Under the pieces are notes generated by a model. The model saw nothing but the letters and a program-made list of their open reading frames with translations, was not told where the DNA came from and made no database searches. 32,000 nucleotides of DNA from Lachnospiraceae bacterium (GTDB lineage: Bacteria; Bacillota; Clostridia; Lachnospirales; Lachnospiraceae): NCBI GenBank assembly GCA_036652735.1, contig JAVVVI010000014.1, forward strand, positions 19,658 to 51,657, read 5' to 3'. Made by a program: the position numbers and the translations under genes. Shown one piece after another: positions 9,699-17,564 of the stretch (the stretch's first letter is position 1; each line of letters starts with the position of its first letter).

Positions 9699-9738
9699 TA
9701 CCACCAGAGGTGTTGCTTTCGGAAAGGTACTTTTATCC

Positions 9739-10728
9739 ATGAAAAAAACTTTATTCTCATATTTAAAGGAAAGAATGAAATTTTATATTTTGTTAGGATG
9801 CTTTCTTTTTATTTTTTTATTTATTTTTTATCTTGCAGAATTAGCATCGCCCATCGTATGGTATGCGTTCTTTTTATGTGGTATTTTATTTCTATTGGCC
9901 TCTCTCCTTGATTTTTATCATTTTTATAAAAAAAGGAACCTGATTAAGGCACTTTCCATCCATCCGGAAATTGCAAGTGACTTGGAATCCTTTCCCGGAA
10001 CCATGTGTGAAAAGGAGTTAATAGCCATCATTGAAGAACAGAGACAGGAGCAAATGAGAATACGTTCCAAAACAGATGCACAGTTTTCGGATATGGTTGA
10101 TTATTATACAATGTGGGCACATCAAATTAAGACACCCATATCCGCCATGCACCTTATGCTTCAGGAAAGTGAGAATGAACAATATCGGGAATTATTGCTG
10201 GAATTAATGAAAATTGATCAATATGTGGATATGGTATTGCAATATTTAAGACTGGATAGTGAAAGCAGTGATTTTGTGTTTCAAACATATTCACTGGATC
10301 AAATTATTTGTACTGCAATTAAAAAATATGCACCTTTATTTATTCGAAAGAAAATAACACTAAAGTACAAGACCATCGATCAAATGATTACAACAGATGA
10401 AAAGTGGTTTCAATTTATTCTAGAACAATTATTATCCAATGCTTTGAAATATACCGCAAAAGGAAGCATTTCCATTCAAATGAAATCTGAAAAATTAGTA
10501 ATTATGGATACCGGAATTGGAATTGCACCGGAAGATATTCCAAGGGTTTTTGACAAAGGATTTACCGGATTCAATGGAAGAATAGGAAAAAAATCTACCG
10601 GTATTGGATTATATTTATGCAAACGGGTATCCCAAAAGCTTGGATGTGAACTCTCAATATACAGTAAAATAGGGGAAGGAACTTCTGTGTCTTTCAGTTT
10701 ACCAAAAGAAAAACCGGAAATTGAGTAG
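9739..10728 (+). CDS. Intramembrane-sensing histidine kinase, BceS-like
   Basis: Two N-terminal TM helices are joined by a loop of about 5 residues (..YLAELASPIVWY..), with no extracellular sensor domain. H-box WAHQIKTPISAM and HATPase motifs DTGIGI / GIGLYLCKRV. Confidence 0.85.
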   Translation: MKKTLFSYLKERMKFYILLGCFLFIFLFIFYLAELASPIVWYAFFLCGILFLLASLLDFYHFYKKRNLIKALSIHPEIASDLESFPGTMCEKELIAIIEEQRQEQMRIRSKTDAQFSDMVDYYTMWAHQIKTPISAMHLMLQESENEQYRELLLELMKIDQYVDMVLQYLRLDSESSDFVFQTYSLDQIICTAIKKYAPLFIRKKITLKYKTIDQMITTDEKWFQFILEQLLSNALKYTAKGSISIQMKSEKLVIMDTGIGIAPEDIPRVFDKGFTGFNGRIGKKSTGIGLYLCKRVSQKLGCELSIYSKIGEGTSVSFSLPKEKPEIE

Positions 10729-10751
10729 CGGTCAGGAGCAATGACTGTATC

Positions 10752-10765
10752 TTACAGTAATGTAA
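10752..10765 (+). promoter_or_regulatory. BceR-type response-regulator binding box upstream of the ABC transporter genes
   Basis: TTACA-GTAA-TGTAA exactly fits the TNACA-N4-TGTAA consensus I recall for BceR-like regulators. An extra TGTAAG half-site lies at 10781..10786. The box sits 53 nt upstream of a TATAAT. Confidence 0.6.
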
Positions 10766-10795
10766 GAATATAGGAGAAAATGTAAGCTGAATCTA

Positions 10796-10824
10796 TGGCA
10801 GCCGTTTTTCTTTTCTTTTATAAT
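10796..10824 (+). promoter_or_regulatory. Activator-dependent promoter of the bceAB-like genes
   Basis: TATAAT at 10819..10824 with only a poor -35 (TGGCAG, 17-nt spacer). This is what I would expect for a regulator-activated promoter. Confidence 0.5.
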
Positions 10825-10855
10825 GGTTAAAGATAAAAGAAAAAGGAGAAAAGAT

Positions 10856-11623
10856 ATGACATTATTAGAAGTAAAAAACCTCAAAAAAATATATACTACA
10901 AGATTTGGTTCCAATCAGGTGCAAGCACTTTCCAATGTTAATTTTACTGTAGAAGAAGGAGAATATGTTGCAATTATGGGGGAAAGTGGCTCCGGTAAGA
11001 CAACGCTTTTAAATATTTTAGCAGCATTGGATAAACCAACCAGTGGTGAGGTCTGTTTAAAAGGAAACAATATGGCAGATATTAAAGATCGGGATATCTC
11101 TTCTTTTCGACGGGAGAATTTAGGATTTGTCTTTCAGGATTTTAATTTATTGGATAATTTTTCCGTAAAAGATAATATTCTGCTTCCACTTGTACTGTCC
11201 GGAATGCATTACAAACAAATGGAACAAAAGTTAGTACCAATTGTTAAAAAACTTGGAATTATGGATCTTTTGGAAAAATTTCCATATGAGATTTCCGGGG
11301 GACAAAAACAACGCGTCGCAGTAGCACGGGCAATTATTACACAGCCACAGCTCATCCTTGCAGATGAGCCAACGGGAGCATTGGACTCCAAAGCAACCGA
11401 TGGATTATTAAATCTTTTTTCCAAGGTGAATGAAGAAGGACAGACGATTTTAATGGTAACACATAGTACAAAGGCAGCAAGTCATGCAAAACGTGTACTG
11501 TTTATCAAAGATGGGGAAGTATTTCATCAGCTTTATCGTGGAAATATGAACAATGAAGAATTATTTGGAAAAATATCAGACACCCTTACGGTATTAATGG
11601 CAGGGGGTGAGGTCAATGAGTAA
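10856..11623 (+). CDS. ABC transporter ATP-binding protein, BceA-like
   Basis: Walker A GESGSGKTT, signature SGGQKQR, Walker B LILADEPTGALD. I set the start at ATG 10856 (MTLLEVKNL), 7 nt after AAGGAG. The track start at 10823 adds a KRKRRK tail with no RBS. Confidence 0.9.
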   Translation: MTLLEVKNLKKIYTTRFGSNQVQALSNVNFTVEEGEYVAIMGESGSGKTTLLNILAALDKPTSGEVCLKGNNMADIKDRDISSFRRENLGFVFQDFNLLDNFSVKDNILLPLVLSGMHYKQMEQKLVPIVKKLGIMDLLEKFPYEISGGQKQRVAVARAIITQPQLILADEPTGALDSKATDGLLNLFSKVNEEGQTILMVTHSTKAASHAKRVLFIKDGEVFHQLYRGNMNNEELFGKISDTLTVLMAGGEVNE

Positions 11624-13622
11624 ATTTTTTTATATAAAACTGTCCATTAGCAATCTTCGTAAAAATGGCAAATTATATTATCCTTATTTGTTAGCGACCA
11701 TAGTTAACGTGGCCATGTTTTATATTATGGTGGCATTAACATCGGATGAGGGCTTAAATACCATACCGGGAGCCACGTCCTTAAAAATGATTATGATGCT
11801 TGGATGTATTGTCATTGCCATTTTTTCAATTATTTTTTTATTTTATATCAATAGTTTTTTAATGAAGCATAGAAAAAAAGAGATGGGACTTTATAATATT
11901 TTAGGCATGGAGAAAAAACATATTGGCAGAATTTTATTTTTCGAAACGCTGGAGACTTCTATTATAGGTATCTTTGGTGGAATTCTGGGTGGATTTGTGT
12001 TCTATGAACTTGTATTATTGATTTTATATCGATTCATGGGTATTCATGCCTCGTTTTCTTTTCAACTGTCCGGAATGGGACTGAACATAACGTTGTTGTT
12101 ATTTTTTGGCATCTTTTTCATAATCTATATTGCAGATTATATACAATTGAAAGTATTAAAGCCCATTGAACTGCTTCATAGTGGATCGATTGGTGAAAAA
12201 GAACCAAGGAGCAAATGGCTCTTGGCATTAATGGGTTTTGTGTGTCTTGGAACCGGTTATTATATCGCAATTACCACAGAATCCCCACTTACAGCCATGG
12301 TTATTTTTTTTATTGCGGTACTGTTAGTGATTGTTGGAACCTACTGTTTGTTCACGGCAGGAAGCATTGTACTATTAAAGCTGCTGCGGAAACATAAATC
12401 GTATTATTATAAAACCAATCATTTTACATCGATCTCAGGTATGCTGTATCGCATGAAGCAAAATGCCGTAGGTCTTGCTAATATTTGTATTCTTTCAACT
12501 ATGGTATTAGTGATGGTGTCCTCTACGGTCAGTTTATATTTGGGAATTCAGGATTGCATGAATTACCGCTATCCATCAGATCTATTTATCGCTTCTTCCG
12601 CGCAGGAGGTAAATTCGGACTTTCATATCGAACTTCTGAATTCCATAAAGAAAACAGTTAAAGAGGAAGGGCGAGAGATCAAACAACTGAAAGAGCATGA
12701 ATATCTTAATTTTGCAGTGATACAAAAGGGCAGAGAATTTATGCTAAACAATGAGGACAATAGTAATGGTATGGCGGATTGTACGGTTTCGTTATGCACA
12801 TTAAATGTATATAACAAATTGACAGGAAAGAAACTGCCGGAATTAAAGAAAGATGAAATCTATCTGGAAACCGTTTCCGAGAAAATGGATCAGATAGTTT
12901 TAGCAGGAAAGCCACTGAAGGTAAAAGAGATGGTAAACTCAGGTCTGATTAAAGGGGAAGATTCCGCCTTTCTTGTTAATATGTATTATATTATTGTTAA
13001 GGATGCAACCGTAATGGAGGAGTTTTTCCAGATTCAAAAACAGGAATATAAGGAGGATGCAGGTGATTATATGTATTCTCTTTCCATGGATATTGATGGA
13101 ACAAAGGAAGAAAAAATTGCCTGTGGAGCAGCCCTTGAAGAGATGAAAGCACAAGAATTGCCAATGGAAAATGGTTATACAATTCGGCGAGTAGAGTGCA
13201 AGGAGAAAGAAGTAGATTCATTTTATGTGATTTTTGGTGGATTTTTATTTCTGGGAATCTTTTTAGGATTCTTATTCTTAGTGGTAACCGCATTGCTCAT
13301 TTATTATAAGCAGATATCCGAGGGATATGACGATAAAGAACGATTTACCATTATGCTGAATGTAGGGATGTCTCAAAAAGAAGTGAAAGCCTGTATACAT
13401 TCCCAAATTATAAAAATATTCTTTCTTCCGGTTCTTGTAGCGGTAATTCATGTTGCAGCAGCATTTCCATTAATAACGAAACTTCTTGGACTACTGCAGC
13501 TGCACAATATAGCATTAACGTTGGGATGTACCATAGCCACAATACTGGTATTTCTTCTTGCATACAGCGTGATGTATCTGGTTACCACAAGAACGTATTA
13601 TAAAATAATTCGACAAAATTAG
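11616..13622 (+). CDS. ABC transporter permease, BceB-like (FtsX-domain, 10 TM with a large extracellular loop)
   Basis: N-terminus MSKFFYIKLSISNLRKN.., two FtsX-type 4-TM blocks, and a soluble loop of about 220 aa between them. ATG 11616 overlaps the bceA-like stop by 8 nt. Confidence 0.88.
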   Translation: MSKFFYIKLSISNLRKNGKLYYPYLLATIVNVAMFYIMVALTSDEGLNTIPGATSLKMIMMLGCIVIAIFSIIFLFYINSFLMKHRKKEMGLYNILGMEKKHIGRILFFETLETSIIGIFGGILGGFVFYELVLLILYRFMGIHASFSFQLSGMGLNITLLLFFGIFFIIYIADYIQLKVLKPIELLHSGSIGEKEPRSKWLLALMGFVCLGTGYYIAITTESPLTAMVIFFIAVLLVIVGTYCLFTAGSIVLLKLLRKHKSYYYKTNHFTSISGMLYRMKQNAVGLANICILSTMVLVMVSSTVSLYLGIQDCMNYRYPSDLFIASSAQEVNSDFHIELLNSIKKTVKEEGREIKQLKEHEYLNFAVIQKGREFMLNNEDNSNGMADCTVSLCTLNVYNKLTGKKLPELKKDEIYLETVSEKMDQIVLAGKPLKVKEMVNSGLIKGEDSAFLVNMYYIIVKDATVMEEFFQIQKQEYKEDAGDYMYSLSMDIDGTKEEKIACGAALEEMKAQELPMENGYTIRRVECKEKEVDSFYVIFGGFLFLGIFLGFLFLVVTALLIYYKQISEGYDDKERFTIMLNVGMSQKEVKACIHSQIIKIFFLPVLVAVIHVAAAFPLITKLLGLLQLHNIALTLGCTIATILVFLLAYSVMYLVTTRTYYKIIRQN

Positions 13623-13713
13623 AATTCCATTACTTTTCTCTTGATTCAATTTGAAAAAAAGGGTAAAGTATAAAGTATACAAAGTGCAGAATTTAACAAA
13701 AAGAGGTGTGTCT

Positions 13714-14079
13714 ATGAAGGAACTGGTATGTATTGTATGTCCAAATGGATGCAGGCTTATCATTGATAAAAAAGGAGAAACCGTTGAGGTCAGTGGTAAT
13801 CAATGCAGCCGTGGAGAGGACTTTGCAATAAAAGAAATGACTCATCCAATGAGAAGTATTTCAAGTACGGTGAAGACGGTGTTTGATAAAATTCCAAGAG
13901 TACCGGTTAAGGTATCAAAGGAGATTCCAAAAGAGAAGATCTTCCCTGTAATGAGGGAACTAAACAAAGTGTGTATAAAAGAAAAATTAAAGTCCGGTGA
14001 TGCAGTGATAGAAAATGTTCTGGGATTAGGTGTAGACGTGGTAATTACCAGTGATATTATGTTAGAAGAGGACGAATAA
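13714..14079 (+). CDS. DUF1667 domain protein (small Cys-rich protein)
   Basis: MKELVCIVCPNGCRL....G..V.GN.C.RG..FA..E...P.R...STV pattern. I set the start at ATG 13714, 5 nt after AAGAGGTG. The track's TTG start at 13651 is unsupported. Confidence 0.7.
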   Translation: MKELVCIVCPNGCRLIIDKKGETVEVSGNQCSRGEDFAIKEMTHPMRSISSTVKTVFDKIPRVPVKVSKEIPKEKIFPVMRELNKVCIKEKLKSGDAVIENVLGLGVDVVITSDIMLEEDE

Positions 14080-14095
14080 GACAGGAGGAAACACC

Positions 14096-15454
14096 GTGCG
14101 GACAGTTATTGAAAAACAAAAAACATTTTTTCAATCAGATGCAACAAAATCGGTAGCATTTCGAAAAAAAATGTTAGAAAGATTGTATCGTTGTATAAAA
14201 GAATATGAACCAGAGATTTACCAGGCATTACGAGAAGATTTACATAAATCTGAGGCGGAAGGATATTTAACAGAAGTGCAGATTGTACTGAATGAACTGC
14301 GTGTTTCCATTCAGAATGTAGAAAAGTGGCAGAAAAAGAGAAAAGTTCCAACTCCAATTACCCATTTCCCGGAAACCAGCGTGATTTATCGTGAACCATA
14401 TGGACGTGTATTGATTCTTTCACCATGGAATTATCCATTTCAATTAGCAATGGTCCCTTTGATTGGTGCAATTACAGGGGGAAATTGTGCAATGCTTAAG
14501 GTATCCAAGAGTGCACCAAGAGTTGCTTCTGTAATTCGCAAGATATTAAAAAAAGCTTTTTCGGAAGAATTTGTGTATTGCATACCGGAAGAAGTCGTAT
14601 ATGATGAAATTTTAGAGCTTCCCTATGATTTTATATTTTTTACAGGAAGTGAACGTGTGGGCAAGGTCGTTATGAGTGCAGCCGCCCAACATTTAACACC
14701 GGTGGTACTGGAACTGGGCGGAAAGAGTCCCTGTATTATAGAACAATCGGCCAATTTATCTCTTGCAGCCAAAAGACTGGCATGGGGAAAGTTTTTAAAC
14801 TCAGGACAGACTTGTGTTGCACCGGATTATGTACTGATTCAGGATTGTGTGAAGGAAGAATTTATAGAAAAACTGCAAAAAGAAATTAAAAAAATGTATG
14901 GAGATGCCTTGACAAATTATGAATATCCACGTATTGTTAATTCACACCATTTTAAGCGTCTCACAAAACTGATTGCAGATGAACCGGAGAAGATTGGTGG
15001 ACGCAGTAATGAAAAAATGCTTATGATTGAACCAACGCTATTTCCCAATGCTTCTTATGAGGATCCGGTGATGCAGGAGGAAATATTTGGTCCAATTCTA
15101 CCCATTATTTCATTTCATGAAATGAAGGATGTGGTTGTACAATTAAAAAATCGTCCCAAACCCCTTGCATTCTACCTTTTTTCCCAAAATAAAACTATAG
15201 TGGAAGAAGTAATCTATAAGCTGCCGTTTGGGGGTGGTTGTGTCAATGATTGTATTATGCACCTGGCAAATCATCATCTCCCATTTGGAGGAGCAGGGAA
15301 TAGTGGAATGGGAGAATATCACGGGAAGTATACGTTTGATACATTCACAAGAAAAAAAGGTGTGTTAAAGGATCGTGGAGGAATTGATTTACCATTTCGA
15401 TATCCACCTTATAAAAAGAAGATGTTAGCGTTGATTCGAAAAATTTGCGGTTAA
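14096..15454 (+). CDS. NAD(P)-dependent aldehyde dehydrogenase, class-3 (YwdH-like) family
   Basis: ELGGKSP and the catalytic GQTCVAPDY motif, EEIFGPILP, and about 450 aa without the N-terminal extension of class 1/2 enzymes. GTG start 7 nt after AGGAGG. Confidence 0.88.
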   Translation: MRTVIEKQKTFFQSDATKSVAFRKKMLERLYRCIKEYEPEIYQALREDLHKSEAEGYLTEVQIVLNELRVSIQNVEKWQKKRKVPTPITHFPETSVIYREPYGRVLILSPWNYPFQLAMVPLIGAITGGNCAMLKVSKSAPRVASVIRKILKKAFSEEFVYCIPEEVVYDEILELPYDFIFFTGSERVGKVVMSAAAQHLTPVVLELGGKSPCIIEQSANLSLAAKRLAWGKFLNSGQTCVAPDYVLIQDCVKEEFIEKLQKEIKKMYGDALTNYEYPRIVNSHHFKRLTKLIADEPEKIGGRSNEKMLMIEPTLFPNASYEDPVMQEEIFGPILPIISFHEMKDVVVQLKNRPKPLAFYLFSQNKTIVEEVIYKLPFGGGCVNDCIMHLANHHLPFGGAGNSGMGEYHGKYTFDTFTRKKGVLKDRGGIDLPFRYPPYKKKMLALIRKICG

Positions 15455-15470
15455 ACCAGGAGGATTTTAT

Positions 15471-15860
15471 ATGTATGAAATGAAAGATGAATATTTAACG
15501 GGAATCGAACTAATTGACAGAGAACATAAAAAGTTATTTGAAATTGCAGAAAAGATTTATCAATTGCAAATAGAAGAGTTTGTTCCGGATAAGTATGATA
15601 ATATTCGGGAGATTCTAGGAGAGCTGAGAGATTATACCATGATGCATTTTTCCCATGAGGAAGAATATATGAAAAGTATTAGCTATAAGAAGATGTTCAA
15701 TCAGCTGGTTCAGCATGATGCATTTCGCAAACAGATTTTAGAGTGGGATATAGAGGCCATTGATGAAAATCAGGATGAAACGATTACCCGTATTCTCCAG
15801 ATTGTAACGGATTGGCTGGTGCACCATATTTTGGAAGAAGATAAGCAGATTGGTAAATAG
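15471..15860 (+). CDS. Hemerythrin-like metal-binding protein (bacteriohemerythrin)
   Basis: IDREHKKLF, HFSHEEEYM and DWLVHHILEEDKQ give the His/Glu ligand pattern of bacteriohemerythrins. AGGAGG lies 8 nt upstream. Confidence 0.85.
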   Translation: MYEMKDEYLTGIELIDREHKKLFEIAEKIYQLQIEEFVPDKYDNIREILGELRDYTMMHFSHEEEYMKSISYKKMFNQLVQHDAFRKQILEWDIEAIDENQDETITRILQIVTDWLVHHILEEDKQIGK

Positions 15861-15888
15861 TGCTAGTGTAAGAATCATGGATGCAAAA

Positions 15889-15930
15889 ATACACACAACC
15901 TTCTAGTAATAGATGGCTGTGTGTATTTTA
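15889..15930. terminator. Bidirectional terminator between convergent operons
   Basis: ATACACACAACC (14-nt loop) GGCTGTGTGTAT has one mismatch and is flanked by an A-run upstream and TTTTA downstream. Confidence 0.6.
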
Positions 15931-15946
15931 ATTGAGTGGAATATGC

Positions 15947-16849
15947 TTAGCCAATCAGTTGTTGTTCTACGTTATGAAATCCAAGCCGTTCAATGGTATC
16001 TGCAAATCGTTCGCCATCTATTCCCTGTTCCTTAAAGAGAAGAAGGGCTTTGTCTAAGACCTCATATAATTCTTCTTCCGAAGTAAAAATGCGATTGAGT
16101 GGTTTCCCCTGAGCTGTTTTTTTACCCCAGCGTCCACCAATGTAGACTTTAAAGCCAAGGATAGATTCATCATTGCCATGAAAGATACATTTAGTGACAC
16201 AACGGCCACAATTATTACAGAGGTCTTTTTGAATGGACAATACCCCATTCATAACTCTGGCAGCCCCCATTGGACAAGCCTGTTCCATGGCACAAACCTT
16301 ACAGTTTTTACATTTGGAAGCATCAAAGAGGGGAATCTTCTGACCAACAATACCAAAGTCGTTCAGGTTGGGTTTTGTGCAGTTATTTGGACAGCCCCCT
16401 ACGGCAATTTTAAACTTATGGGGCAGTGTAAGATCTTGATATTTTTTAAAGAAATGTTCATGAATATGATCGGATACCGCAAAAGTATCATATAATCCAT
16501 ATTGACAGGTAGTTCCTTTGCAAGAGACGATGGGACGAATCTTTTTACCTGTTCCACCGGTTTCAAGGTTACCATTTGCTAAAAAATCACGAATTTTATC
16601 AATATTTTCATAGGGAACTTGCTGAATCTCCAAGGTAAGTCTTGTAGTCATTGCAATTTCACCGGTTCCAAATTGTCTCGCAGCTTCAGTAATGCAAGTG
16701 CTTTCATCCGCAGTTATTTTACCATTGCGTGTAATGACACGACAGTTAAAATTGTTGGTTCCTTTACAGTTTAAAAATCCAAGTGCTTTTACCCTTGCAA
16801 TTTCTTCTTTGGGAATGGTACAGCAGGAAATCGGAGTATTTGTTTGCAT
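15947..16849 (-). CDS. Small nitrite/sulfite-reductase-domain protein with an inserted 2x[4Fe-4S] ferredoxin domain (AsrC/DsrA-like)
   Basis: A NIR_SIR ferredoxin-like half domain, the siroheme/cluster Cys motifs SCKGTTC and GGCPNNC, and ferredoxin motifs CKNCKVC....CP and CNNCGRCVTKC. GAGGAGGA RBS. Confidence 0.7.
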   Translation of the reverse strand: MQTNTPISCCTIPKEEIARVKALGFLNCKGTNNFNCRVITRNGKITADESTCITEAARQFGTGEIAMTTRLTLEIQQVPYENIDKIRDFLANGNLETGGTGKKIRPIVSCKGTTCQYGLYDTFAVSDHIHEHFFKKYQDLTLPHKFKIAVGGCPNNCTKPNLNDFGIVGQKIPLFDASKCKNCKVCAMEQACPMGAARVMNGVLSIQKDLCNNCGRCVTKCIFHGNDESILGFKVYIGGRWGKKTAQGKPLNRIFTSEEELYEVLDKALLLFKEQGIDGERFADTIERLGFHNVEQQLIG

Positions 16850-16881
16850 AAGTGAATCCTCCTCTTTATTTTATCTAGTTA

Positions 16882-16910
16882 ATTATAGAACACTTGTCGA
16901 AAAAAATCAA
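16882..16910 (-). promoter_or_regulatory. Sigma-A promoter for the sulfite-reductase-like gene
   Basis: On the - strand, TTGATT (16905..16910), an exact 17-nt spacer, then TATAAT (16882..16887). The -35 overlaps the stop codon of the upstream channel gene. Confidence 0.6.
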
Positions 16911-17548
16911 ATTCTTGGTAGATTCCATTTAAAGTAAGCAGCAAGCATACGTGTTGTAAACACAATTAAAGCACTGATAAACATTGCAGGAAGATCATCA
17001 ATATAATTTAATAAAATCACATATGCAACAGCACCTAGTATAGAGGCGCTGGCATAAATTTGTTTTACAAAGACAAAGGGGGTGGTGCCAGCCATAATAT
17101 CCCGAAGAACACCTCCACCAATTCCGGTTATAACACCAACAAAAAGGAGAAGAAAGGTGTTGTGTTCAAAGGAAAGCTCAATGGCAGTATTGATTCCAAT
17201 TACAGTAAATACACCAAGACCGACGGCATCAAACAAGGTCATAGCACGTTCGTATTGTTCAATAAACTGACTGGAAATAAATCGTTTGTTGGCATATACA
17301 ATTAAAAAAAGAATACAGGAGGTTAGAATTGCAAATGCTACATAGGCGTAGTTTTGAAACATTTTGGGAGGATGAATACCCAGAATCAGGTCACGTAGTA
17401 ATCCACCTCCAACAGCAGTTGTAATTCCCAGAACGTTAACACCAAGTAAATCCATATTTTTCCGAATACCAACAAGGGCACCGGAAGAGGCGAATGCAAT
17501 GGTTCCAATTATTTCAAAAATAAATATTACAGTATTCGTATAGTTCAA
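16907..17548 (-). CDS. Trimeric intracellular cation channel (TRIC/UPF0126, YadS-like) family membrane protein
   Basis: Two internal repeats each carry a glycine-rich motif (TAVGGGLLRDLILG and TGIGGGVLRDIMAG), and there are 7 TM helices. I set the start at TTG 17548, 7 nt after GGAGG. The track start at 17605 would overlap the protease gene. Confidence 0.8.
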   Translation of the reverse strand: MNYTNTVIFIFEIIGTIAFASSGALVGIRKNMDLLGVNVLGITTAVGGGLLRDLILGIHPPKMFQNYAYVAFAILTSCILFLIVYANKRFISSQFIEQYERAMTLFDAVGLGVFTVIGINTAIELSFEHNTFLLLFVGVITGIGGGVLRDIMAGTTPFVFVKQIYASASILGAVAYVILLNYIDDLPAMFISALIVFTTRMLAAYFKWNLPRI

Positions 17549-17564
17549 AGTTTGTACCTCCTGA

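Noticed and set aside
16178-16495. 105-aa ORF antisense to the sulfite-reductase-like gene, and the small ORFs at 17060..17305 opposite the TRIC gene
   Set aside because: These are shadow ORFs within confidently assigned - strand genes, with no start-site signals.
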